Part shown: positions 29,188-37,887 of the stretch, piece after piece
How positions within the stretch are numbered: the first letter of the stretch is position 1
Layout of the letters: each line of letters opens with the position of its first letter
Assembly: GCA_963741055.1 (NCBI GenBank)
Contig: CAVUGU010000031.1
Coordinates: forward strand, 3,963-67,962
Source of the DNA: an uncultured Acidimicrobiales bacterium
Lineage (GTDB): Bacteria > Actinomycetota > Acidimicrobiia > Acidimicrobiales > RAAP-2
Length of the DNA stretch: 64,000 nt
Direction: 5' to 3'
Notes under the pieces: model-generated
The model's input: only the letters and a program-made list of their open reading frames with translations
Database searches by the model: none
What the model was told of the DNA's origin: nothing
Translations under genes and position numbers: made by a program

Positions 29188-30192
29188 TCAGCCGAGATCG
29201 TTCAGGCAGGTGTTCGCGTCGTTGTTGCTGTTCGTCCCGTCGGGGCAGGTGGTGTTGGCCCAGGTGACTCCCGCCAGCTCGGTGCCCGAGACGTCAGCAC
29301 CGGTCAGGTTCGCACGGGTCAGGTCCGCGTTGTCGAGGTCGGCACCGGCCAGATCGGCGGCGGCCAGGTTGGCGTCCATGAGCTCGAAACCCACGAGCGA
29401 GGCACCCGCCAGGTTGGCGCTCGAGAGGTTGGCGACCGGACCGACCAGGTAGCCGTCGACCAGGTTGAAATCCGGTGGGAGTACGGCCGGAACGCCGACG
29501 ATGCTCCCCGAGATGATGTAGTCGGAGAGCGACGGGTCGGCGGTGTCGAAGATCGTCCCGTTCAGCGTCGCGCCGGTGAAATTCGCATCGTTGATGTCGG
29601 CAGAGGTCAAGGTCGCATCGCTCAGGTCGGCGCCTTGGAAGTCGGTGTGGAAGAGCGACGCGCCGAAGAAATCAGCGCCGGCAAGATCGTCACCGGCAAG
29701 GTCGGCAAATTTGAAGTTGCAGTAGTCGAGATCGGCGCCAGGTGTGAGGTTGTTGCAATTCGGTGACTGGCCCGCGACGAGGACGACCCTGGCCTTCTTC
29801 CCGAGACCGACCGAGTTGTCGGCGCGAACAGTGACGAAGTACCGGCGTCCGTTGCGGAGGCCGGTCAGCGAGCACGACGTACCGGTGGTGGTGCAGGACG
29901 CAAAGTGCCCGGCAGCCACCTGGTAGCTGGTGATCGGAGCGCCTCCGTCGGAGAGCGGGGGTAACCACGAGACAGTGCCGCCCCCGTTGGTGGGAGTCGA
30001 CACCACGTTGGTCGGTGCGCCCGGCTTCTTGAGACGAGGAACCCGGGCGCCGGCCGGCGAGGCCAGCGCGAACGATCCGAGAGCGATGACGACCACGGAC
30101 GCAACGGATGCCGCCGCGAACCTGCCAAGCCCTCTCCGGACGGTCTGGCCATCGCGTCGAGCCTGCCTCGCCTTGGTCAGTTGCCGGGACAT
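29188..30192 (-). CDS. Secreted/anchored fibronectin-III plus pentapeptide-repeat protein
   Basis: N-terminal TM/signal, FN3 (PGAPTNVVSTP...GGAPITSYQV...GRRYFVTVRADN), then about 30 A(D/N)LxG-type pentapeptide units and a Cys-containing tail. Confidence 0.8.
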   Translation of the reverse strand: MSRQLTKARQARRDGQTVRRGLGRFAAASVASVVVIALGSFALASPAGARVPRLKKPGAPTNVVSTPTNGGGTVSWLPPLSDGGAPITSYQVAAGHFASCTTTGTSCSLTGLRNGRRYFVTVRADNSVGLGKKARVVLVAGQSPNCNNLTPGADLDYCNFKFADLAGDDLAGADFFGASLFHTDFQGADLSDATLTSADINDANFTGATLNGTIFDTADPSLSDYIISGSIVGVPAVLPPDFNLVDGYLVGPVANLSSANLAGASLVGFELMDANLAAADLAGADLDNADLTRANLTGADVSGTELAGVTWANTTCPDGTNSNNDANTCLNDLG

Positions 30193-30329
30193 TCCCCTGC
30201 CATCGGTCCTCGGCCGGATACGTCATGTTCGGCGCGATCGAGCAGCCTGTCAACCGATTCGGCTCTACGATGAGCCGAATGACCAAGCTGGCACTTCGCC
30301 GTGAGCGCACTCTCCTGAGCCGGACTGCG

Positions 30330-31082
30330 ATGGATCGCTTCACGTCCTTCGACGGGGTCGAGCTGGCCTACCAGGTCACTGGGGAAGGTCCACCGGTCGT
30401 CCTGCTCCACGGCTTCGCTGCCGACAGCGAGCGCAACTGGGTTCGACCAGGCGTGGCGGGAGCGATCGAGTCAGCCAACCGCCAGACGGTACTCCTCGAC
30501 GCACGGGGACACGGCCGTTCCGAGAAGCCCCACGAACCGGCCGCCTATGCCGACGGGGCCATGGCGCGCGACGTCGTCTGCCTGCTCGAGCACCTCGGTC
30601 TCGAGAACGTCGACGTCTGCGGCTACTCGATGGGAGCCCGAACCGCGATGACCCTCGCGGCGAACGGGGACCGGGTCCGCAGCGCCGTCTTCGGCGGAGT
30701 GGGCAGACGGCTCGGCAGCAGGGCCATGGCAGAACGGGCACCGACGATCGGAGAAGGGCTGCTCGCCGCCGACCCCGGCGCGATCGACGACCCGGTCGCT
30801 CGCGCCTTTCGCGAGTTCGCCGAGTCGACCGACGCCGATCTCGCCGCGCTTTCCGCGTTCCAACGTTCGGGTGCTTTCCCCCGGACGGACCTCTCGACGA
30901 TCGAGTTGCCCACGCTGGTGATCGCGGGTGCAGACGACCGACTGGCGGGCTCACCCCACGAGCTGGCCGAGCGCATTCCCGGCGCCGAGGTGACCGTGGT
31001 CTCGGGCGATCATCTCTCCGCCGTCTTCGATTCGGCGTTCGCCACAGCGATCGTGGACTTCCTGGCGAGAGTCGACGAGTAG
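30330..31082 (+). CDS. Alpha/beta-fold hydrolase
   Basis: PVVLLHGF, the nucleophile elbow GYSMGA, and C-terminal GDH. Alternative starts are at 30270 and 30108. Confidence 0.8.
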   Translation: MDRFTSFDGVELAYQVTGEGPPVVLLHGFAADSERNWVRPGVAGAIESANRQTVLLDARGHGRSEKPHEPAAYADGAMARDVVCLLEHLGLENVDVCGYSMGARTAMTLAANGDRVRSAVFGGVGRRLGSRAMAERAPTIGEGLLAADPGAIDDPVARAFREFAESTDADLAALSAFQRSGAFPRTDLSTIELPTLVIAGADDRLAGSPHELAERIPGAEVTVVSGDHLSAVFDSAFATAIVDFLARVDE

Positions 31083-31161
31083 GAGCCGTCGGGACCCTTC
31101 GGCTGAGGTCCCTCCGGACATCGCTCCCTGCGGATCCTCGTCCACCCGATACCATTCGCTC

Positions 31162-31341
31162 GTGGCTCACGAGACCGTCCACTGCTCGTTCTGCAAGAAG
31201 TCGAGCGAGGAAGTAAGGAAGGTCGTGGCCGGCCCGGACGACGTCTACATCTGCGACGAGTGCATCGGCCTGGCCGCGGAACTGGTTCGAGACGATCCGG
31301 GGGACAAAGTCCCGGTCGGATCGGGACCCGACGCCTCGTAG
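31162..31341 (+). CDS. Stand-alone ClpX-type C4 zinc-finger mini-protein (59 aa)
   Basis: Translated by hand (below the ORF-track size cutoff): [59 protein letters not shown]. The CxxC-x18-CxxC pattern and flanks match the ClpX N-terminal zinc-binding domain. Confidence 0.55.
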   Translation: MAHETVHCSFCKKSSEEVRKVVAGPDDVYICDECIGLAAELVRDDPGDKVPVGSGPDAS

Positions 31342-31354
31342 GCGTCGACGTACT

Positions 31355-31398
31355 TCGCATTCGGACCCGGCCTCCCGACCTCGCATTCGAACCCCGCC
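31355..31398. repeat. Two 18-bp direct repeats (TCGCATTCGRACCCSGCC), 16/18 identical
   Basis: The copies are at 31355-31372 and 31381-31398, inside the gene-free convergent spacer. Confidence 0.5.
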
Positions 31399-31530
31399 AT
31401 CAGGGCGGCCCGGCCCTCTCGAGATCGCTGCCGAAACCGCTCCGCCTCCCTAGTTGCGGTTCGCGCACACGCTTGTCAGTGTCAAACAGCTGGGACCGCG
31501 GGTCATTGCCCCTGGTAGCCCGAGCGCCCT

Positions 31531-31546
31531 TGTGGCTGCGATCACA
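31531..31546. promoter_or_regulatory. CRP/FNR-type palindrome TGTGGCTGCGATCACA
   Basis: 9/10 match to TGTGA-N6-TCACA. A TAACCT (TANNNT) hexamer lies at 31564-31569. It sits in a lower-GC stretch with no credible ORF. Confidence 0.35.
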
Positions 31547-31730
31547 ATCCGTTTACCAAACGGTAACCTCTGTCGCTGTCCGGGTCGGTAGAGCAGGGAT
31601 CCGCCGCCCAGCTCCCGGCCCGGGCACCCTTTCCGTCGGCCAAGCCCCAATCTGCGACGGAATCATCCGAATTGACATGAGGTGATCCGCCGCCGAAGGA
31701 CACCGTTCGGCCTCACCCACATCGGCCCAC

Positions 31731-32199
31731 TCAGCCCGGCAAGGACTCCCAGTAGTCGTTCAGGCGCCCCTGCACCTTCACCACCCAGATGATCCCTCCG
31801 ACGATGGGGATCAGCACCCAGAACCCGGTGAGCGCCGAGACGGGAGCCGGCCGGCCGGCTGCGGGTGTAGAGCCTTCCGACCTCGAGCGGGAGGACGAAG
31901 GCGTTCACGATGCTGAGCAGGATCGCGAAGAGCAGCCCGAGCCATCCGCCGATCCCCTCCCTCGAATACTCCTTCAGCTCCTTGAAGCTGGCGTACTCCC
32001 AGTAGAGCGCGTAGATCCCGATCGTGATGATCGAAAGCAGGATCACTGCTACCGGGTTTCTCACGTGACCGGGCGCGCCGGTCGCGTGGGCCACATGCGT
32101 AGCCGCCGGAGGAGATGTCGGGCCGTCGGGATTCAGGTCCGCGACCTCGCCGGCGGGCTCGCGTTCTCCGGCGCGGGCGCCCTCAGGTTGTTCCGTCAC
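31731..32199 (-). CDS. DUF4234-like small membrane protein; one frame break near 31850
   Basis: GTG at 32199 behind GGAGG. VAVILLSIITIGIYALYWEYASFKEL.... After the break the frame reads VSALTGFWVLIPIVGGIIWVVKVQGRLNDYWESLPG-stop at 31731. Confidence 0.55.
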
Positions 32200-32322
32200 G
32201 GAGATCGCCTCCTCTCCGCTCTCGTTCCGCCGTGCTCTGCGCAAACCACTGTAGGTCCGCGTGGCGCACCGGTGTTCCGGTGACGGGTGAAGACGAGTGA
32301 AGGAGCACCGTTGTAGCGTGCG

Positions 32323-32799
32323 ATGGTGGCGGTCTCGCCCCACATCCGACGGCTGCGGGAAATGGTGGGCAACCAGCTCCTCGTCCTGCCGTCTGCCGCG
32401 GTGCTTCCCCGCGACGAGTCCGGGCGTGTCCTCCTCGTCAAAGACGCCGACACCGGCCTCTGGGCGGCGATCGGCGGTGCCGTCGAGCCCGACGAATCGC
32501 CCCAGGAGTGTGCCGTTCGCGAAGCGGAGGAAGAGGCCGGCGTCGTCGTCCGCCTCGGCGCCGTTCTCGGCGTGCTCGGGGGGCCGGAGTACCGGATGGT
32601 CTACCCGAACGGAGACCGGACCTCCTACGTCTCGACCGTCTTCGACGCGGTCGTCGTCGGCGGCACACTCGAGCCCGACGGGGAGGAGACAACCGAGGTC
32701 GCGTGGTGGAGCCCGGAGAGCCTGCCGCTCGAGCAGATGAGCGCTTTCACCAGAGCGCTGCTCCGCGACGTGGGTCTCGACGGAGGAATCTCGGCCTGA
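32323..32799 (+). CDS. Nudix hydrolase
   Basis: Nudix box GGAVEPDESPQECAVREAEEEAGV in an intact 158-aa frame. Confidence 0.85.
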   Translation: MVAVSPHIRRLREMVGNQLLVLPSAAVLPRDESGRVLLVKDADTGLWAAIGGAVEPDESPQECAVREAEEEAGVVVRLGAVLGVLGGPEYRMVYPNGDRTSYVSTVFDAVVVGGTLEPDGEETTEVAWWSPESLPLEQMSAFTRALLRDVGLDGGISA

Positions 32800-32826
32800 T
32801 CGATCGCCGGCGCTCAGTCTCGCGAA

Positions 32827-33318
32827 TCAGATCTCCGCGAGGTCGGCCCGGTACTCGGGATGTTCCGAGAGCCACTCGGAGGCGCGCCGCATGCTCGCCT
32901 CGTTGTTCTTGTTGATGAACCGATAGATCGGCCCCTCGAACCATCGCCACGGCCACGAGGTGAGGTTGTAGGTCTCGTCGAACAAAAAGGTCGTCCGGTC
33001 AGGGCCCAGTGGTTCGAGTCGCACATGGCCGATCTGGTCGTTGCCCGGCTTGCTCGAGATCATCGTGTAGGTGTAGCCGCGTTCGGGCTCCACGTCGGTG
33101 ACCAGCTCGAGCGCAGAGCCCTCCCGACCGAAGGGCATCTTGTAGATGACCCGGCGCAAGCGCCCGTTGTGGTGCTCGTCCCCCGGGTAGAGCACCTCGA
33201 CCCGGAGCACCATGGGTGCGTAGTCCGTCCACCGGTCGTAGTCCTGGAAGAGGGCCCAGATCCGTGCAGCCGAATGGGGCATCTCGAAGGAGTAGCGGTG
33301 TTCACGCACGTCCCGCAT
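32827..33318 (-). CDS. SRPBCC (START/polyketide-cyclase-like) superfamily protein
   Basis: About 160 aa with the beta-grip-like pattern ...ARIWALFQDYDRWTDYAP...TYTMISS.... Start taken at MRDVREH. Confidence 0.6.
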   Translation of the reverse strand: MRDVREHRYSFEMPHSAARIWALFQDYDRWTDYAPMVLRVEVLYPGDEHHNGRLRRVIYKMPFGREGSALELVTDVEPERGYTYTMISSKPGNDQIGHVRLEPLGPDRTTFLFDETYNLTSWPWRWFEGPIYRFINKNNEASMRRASEWLSEHPEYRADLAEI

Positions 33319-33442
33319 CTTGATGGATCCGAGAAGGTTGTGCACGCCCGGCAATCCGACCCCACCCGATACCATCCTCGGCGGTCGAGCGATGCGTCAG
33401 ACGTGGCCCGAACCTGAACGAGAGCGAGGACGAGGTGGCCCG

Positions 33443-34414
33443 ATGTCCCTGGTGAACACGGTGCTCGGCAAGGTCGAGAGCAACCAGCTCGGTTCGACCC
33501 TCATGCACGAGCACGTCTTCATCCTCAGTCCGGAGATCGAGAAGACCGCGGCGGAGTGGGACGAGGACGAACAGCGGGAGAACGCGGCGGCGCGCCTTCG
33601 AGAGCTCAAGGAGCACGGCATCGACACCATCGTCGATCTCACGGTGATCGGGCTCGGCCGGTTCATGCCGCGGGTACTGGCGGTCGCCGAGGAGGCCCCC
33701 GCGATCAACGTGATCGCGGCGACCGGCGTCTACACCTACAACGAGGTCCCGATGTACTTCCATTTCCGGGGACCCGGCACCATCCTCGGTGGCCCCGAGC
33801 CGATGACCGAGCTGTTCGTCAAGGAGATCACCGAGGGCATCGGCGACACCGGGGTGAAGGCCGGCATCCTCAAGTGCGCGACCGACTCCCAGGGGATCAC
33901 GCCCGGTGTCGAGCGAGTGCTTCGTGCGGTCGCCCAGGCGCACCGGCAGACCGGGGTACCGATCACGACCCACACGCCGACGCCCCCGGAGCCCTGGGGA
34001 CTCGAACAGCAGCGCATCCTGAGGGACGAGGGGGTCGATCTCACCCAGGTGGTGATCGGACACTCCGGGGGAACGCTCGACGCCGGCTATCACGAAGCGC
34101 TGCTCGCCAACGGCTCGTACCTCGGATTCGACCACTTCGGGATCGGCACCTTCTCACTGGCCGAACGAGTCGAGGCGGTCCGGGTGCTCTGCGAGCGCGG
34201 TCATGCCGACCGCCTGGTCCTCTCCCACGATGCGATGTGCCACGTCGACTGGTTTCCGCCGTCGATCGCCCACGCGTGGAAGGAATGGAGGTGGACCCAC
34301 ATCCCCGACGACGTCCTCCCCGCGATGCGGGAGGCGGGGATCACCGACGAGGACATCACCACCATGATGGTCACCAATCCCCGGCGCATCCTCGAAGGGT
34401 GTGATCCCTACTGA
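33443..34414 (+). CDS. Phosphotriesterase-related (PHP/PTE family) amidohydrolase-fold protein
   Basis: TLMHEHV (HxH), AGILKCA (carboxylated-Lys position), ITTHT, VIGHSG, VLSHD. Confidence 0.8.
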   Translation: MSLVNTVLGKVESNQLGSTLMHEHVFILSPEIEKTAAEWDEDEQRENAAARLRELKEHGIDTIVDLTVIGLGRFMPRVLAVAEEAPAINVIAATGVYTYNEVPMYFHFRGPGTILGGPEPMTELFVKEITEGIGDTGVKAGILKCATDSQGITPGVERVLRAVAQAHRQTGVPITTHTPTPPEPWGLEQQRILRDEGVDLTQVVIGHSGGTLDAGYHEALLANGSYLGFDHFGIGTFSLAERVEAVRVLCERGHADRLVLSHDAMCHVDWFPPSIAHAWKEWRWTHIPDDVLPAMREAGITDEDITTMMVTNPRRILEGCDPY

Positions 34415-35967
34415 CGCCGACCTCGTCCCACCGACCGGCCGCGTCGGACGGGGTCGCCACCCTGGCCGGCCGGCACCCCGATGCGATCGCGTGGCTCGAC
34501 GTCTCGAACGGCAGCGAGCTCACCTTCGCCGAATGGGACACCTCGTCCAATCGCCTCGCCCGCGGTCTCGTGGCCCGCGGGCTCCGACCCGGCGACCGGG
34601 TGGTGATCGCCATCACTCCCGACGATCCGTTCGGCTGGCTGACCGCCTACAACGCGGCTCACCGTGCCGGCGCGGTCGCTGTACCCGTCAACACCCGGCT
34701 CGCTGCTCCCGAGTTGCGCGCGATCCTCGCCCATGCCGAGCCCTCGGCGATCCTCGCCGACAAGCCGGGTGTCGGAACGTCCTCCTGGACCGAGCTCGCT
34801 CCTCGGGTCGACTCGGCGATGATCCTCGGTGGGGGCGACAGGCCGGGCGAACGCGCCGGGGGGACGGCGTTCCTGGTGGACGACGCGTCACCACTCGAAG
34901 GTGGACCGCGGCCTGCCGAAGGCGACCTGATGGACATCATGTACACCTCGGGGACCACCGGCGCCCCGAAGGCGGTGGCCGTCCCCTACGGGCGCGAGGA
35001 TCTGACAGAGCCCCGTGCGTCGTGGAACGGTCTCGGATTCCTGACCGCTTCGCCGTTCACCACCACCAGCGGGGCCCTTCTCATCCACGGCCCCATGCGG
35101 GCCGGCATGAGCGGGTGGTACCTGCCACGCTTCGACGCAGGCACCTGGATCGCCACCGTCGAGGAGCGGCGACCACTGGTCGCGTTCATCGTTCCGGCGA
35201 TGGCCCAGCTGATCGTCGCCCATCCGCGCTTCGCCGAAGCCGATCTCTCCGGTCTTGCCGCGCTCACCATCGGCGGTGCCCCGGTCGCCCGAGCGACGCT
35301 CCAACGCCTCGGCGAGCGGTTGCCGGGTGCCGACGTCCTCGTCGGCTACGGGCTCACCGAGTTCGGGGCGGTGTCGCGCACGCCGAACGGAGACCGGGCC
35401 CGACACCTCGGTTCGGTCGGACAGCCGCTCCCCGGAGTCGAGATCCGAGTGGTGGACGACGCCGGTGACCCGGTTCCCGAAGGCGAACAGGGCGAGGTCG
35501 CGGTCAGAGGTGCGGACCGACCGCGTGAGTACCTGCGTGCGCCGGACGCGAGCGACGGTACGTGGCGTGGCGGTTGGCTCCACACCGGTGATCTCGGCCG
35601 TCTCGACGACGACGGCTTCTTGTGGATCACCGGGCGCAAGAAGGACGTGATCATCCGAGGCGGGAACAACATCGCGCCCGGCGAGGTCGAAGACGTTCTC
35701 TACGCACACCCCGACGTCGTCGAGGCAGCAGTGGCGGGGATCCCACACGACGTCCTCGGCGAGGATGTGGGAGCCTGGGTCGTGCTACGCGAAGGATCCG
35801 AATGCTCGGTCGCCGATCTGGACGTGCACTTGCGGGCATCACTCGCCACCTTCAAAGTGCCGAGACAAGTGCACGTGGTCGCATCCCTCCCGCGCAACGC
35901 CGCGGGCAAGGTGATGACCCGTGAGCTGGTCGAGTCGGTGTCGCGGGCCGCTGCGGAGGAGAGGTGA
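34401..35967 (+). CDS. AMP-dependent acyl-CoA synthetase/ligase; N-terminus unresolved
   Basis: YTSGTTGAPKAV, GYGLTEFG, WLHTGDLG, IRGGNNIAPGEVE, PRNAAGKV. Similarity (LAGRHPDAIAWLD...) extends upstream of the GTG at 34570 with no canonical start in frame. A GTG at 34401 is in another frame, so a possible indel lies near 34430. Confidence 0.8.
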
Positions 35968-36820
35968 CCACCGATACGCACCCGGTCCTCGCCGACACCT
36001 TCGGCCCGGTCCGGCGCCTCACCCTCAACCGTCCCGACCAGCACAACCCCCTCACACCCCGGTGCATCCGCGAACTGCTCTCCTGCGTGGCAGAGGCGGG
36101 CTCCGACCCCGAGGTGAAGGCCGTGGTGATCCGGGGTTCGGGCCGATCCTTCTCGTCGGGGTACGGCGTGTTGGCGGAGGATGTCGAGGTCGAAGAGCCG
36201 GCCGGCAACCGCAGGCGGCATCGAGCGCGACGTGGCCTCGATGCTCGAGCTGGTGTCCGGCTGGGCGACGGTGTGGGACTGTCCGATCCCGGTGATCGCG
36301 CAGGTCCACGGCAACTGCCTGGCAGGTGGCACCGACCTCGCGTTGCACTGCGACATCGTCATCGCGGCCGAGGACGCACGAATCGGGTTCCCGCCGGTCC
36401 GATCGATGGGCGTACCGCCGACCAACATGTGGCTCTACCATCTCGGCCCGCAGTGGACCAAGCGGTTGCTGTTCACCGGCGACACGATCAGCGGTGCGGA
36501 GGCCGCCGCCATCGGTCTCGCGCAGGCGTCGGTGCCGGTCAGGCGACCTCGACGAGTACGTATCGGCGCTCGCGTCGCGGATCGGGCTGGTCGGTCGTGA
36601 CCTCCTGACGGCGAACAAGCGGGTGGTCAACCAGGGAGTCGAGCTCATGGGCCGATCGCAGTTGCAACGCTTCGCCGCGCTGAACGACGCGGTCGCCCAT
36701 CGCTCCTCCGACGCCCGAGCGTTCACCACTCGTGCCGCCGAGGTCGGGCTGAAACAGGCGGTGCACGAGCGCGACGCACCCTTCGAGCAGGCCGAACCAC
36801 GTCCCGGACGGGGCCCCGTG
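35964..36820 (+). pseudogene. Enoyl-CoA hydratase/isomerase (crotonase) family; 2 frame breaks (~36195, ~36540) and no in-frame stop
   Basis: LTLNRPDQHNPL, VIRGSGRSFSSG / PVIAQVHGNCLAGGTDLALHCDIVIAAEDARIGFP / LDEYVSALASRI... lie in three successive frames. The last frame runs straight into the next gene. A GTGA at 36817-36820 would give the usual stop/start overlap in the +1 frame. Confidence 0.7.
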
Positions 36821-37879
36821 AGCGCCAAGAGCGCGCCACGAACCCGGGACCGCTACCGGGTGGTGCAGTGGGCGACCGGCAACATCGGCACACGCTCGCT
36901 CCGAGCAGTCATCGACCATCCCGATCTCGAGTTGGTCGGAGTCCTCGTGTACTCGGACGAGAAGGCCGGGCGTGACGCAGGCGAACTGTGCGGGGCCGGC
37001 CCGGTCGGGGTCACCGCGACGAAGGACGTCGAGGAGATCCTGGCGCTCGAGCCCGACTGCATCCTCTACATGCCCGACCGGGCGGACATCGACGTGCTCT
37101 GCCGGCTCCTCGAATCCGGAGCGAACGTGGTGTCCACCCGCGGCGAGTTCCACCGACCGGCCAGCATGGAGCCGGAGGTCCGCGAGCGGATCGAGGCGGC
37201 CTGCCGGAAGGGCGGGACCTCCCTCCACAGCACGGGAGCGAGCCCCGGATTCATCACCGAGGCGGTCCCACTCGTGCTGGGGTCGATCGAGCGCCGGGTC
37301 GACTCCTTGACGATCGAGGAGTCCGCCGACATGTCCTCCCGGAACTCACCGGAGCTGATCTTCGACCTGATGGGCTTCGGGCGTGACCCGGCGGCCTTCG
37401 AAGCCGAAGCAAGGGCCGCCTATGCGGGTGCCACGTTCAGCGCCTCCCTGGGCGTCGTGGCCGACGCATTCGACGCACCCTTCGACGAGGTTCTGTCGAG
37501 CGCGGCGGCTGCGGTCGCACGCCGTCCGATCGAGATCGCGGCGGGCAGGATCGAAGCCGGGACCATCGCCGCTCAGCGGATGGAAGTGGCCGGGATGCGC
37601 GACGGAGCGCCGTTCATGCGCTTCCGGGCCAGTTGGTACCTCACGACCGAACTCGATCCCGCCTGGGAGCTGCGCGACACCGGCTGGCACGTTTCGGTCG
37701 AAGGCGACCTGCCGCTCGAAGTCGACATCCGGTTCCCGGTGCCGCCCGAGGAGTGGGCGGCCACCTCTCCGGGGATCACCGCGCACCGGCCGGTCAACGC
37801 GGTGGCCTCGGTCTGTGCGGCGGAGCCGGGCATCCGGACCACCGTCGACCTTCCCCAGATCGTCCCGACCCTCGGGTGA
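36818..37879 (+). CDS. DapB-N-like NAD(P)-binding protein (amine dehydrogenase / dihydrodipicolinate-reductase-like family)
   Basis: YRVVQWATGNIGTRSLRAVIDHPDLELVGVLVYS (Rossmann N-terminus), in an intact frame to 37879. The start is inferred at the GTG. Confidence 0.6.
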   Translation: MSAKSAPRTRDRYRVVQWATGNIGTRSLRAVIDHPDLELVGVLVYSDEKAGRDAGELCGAGPVGVTATKDVEEILALEPDCILYMPDRADIDVLCRLLESGANVVSTRGEFHRPASMEPEVRERIEAACRKGGTSLHSTGASPGFITEAVPLVLGSIERRVDSLTIEESADMSSRNSPELIFDLMGFGRDPAAFEAEARAAYAGATFSASLGVVADAFDAPFDEVLSSAAAAVARRPIEIAAGRIEAGTIAAQRMEVAGMRDGAPFMRFRASWYLTTELDPAWELRDTGWHVSVEGDLPLEVDIRFPVPPEEWAATSPGITAHRPVNAVASVCAAEPGIRTTVDLPQIVPTLG

Positions 37880-37887
37880 GCCGAGCC

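Noticed and set aside
29188-29770. 15-bp DNA periodicity and the mirror-image plus-strand ORFs (29155..29766, 29210..29452, 29543..29725) as a nucleotide repeat element.
   Set aside because: This is fully explained by the pentapeptide-repeat coding region on the minus strand.
21102-30192. The tRNA-Pro-adjacent surface island as a mobile genomic island.
   Set aside because: I could find no integrase, transposase, or repeat of the tRNA 3' end within the window. I keep it only as a possibly accessory block.
31575-31600. A tRNA-like fragment (GGTCGGTAGAGCAGGGATCC resembles a D-arm) in the 31.3-31.7 kb spacer, and TTCGAACCCCGCC at 31387 resembling a T-loop.
   Set aside because: No acceptor stem, anticodon arm or properly paired T-arm can be drawn, and the two pieces are 190 bp apart in the wrong order.
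36780-36830. A natural crotonase-DapB-like fusion protein (no stop between the two in ORF 36326..37879).
   Set aside because: The two families are normally separate. A GTGA stop/start overlap exists one frame over, and the crotonase already carries two indels, so a third indel near its 3' end is the simpler explanation. The question is unresolved without resequencing.
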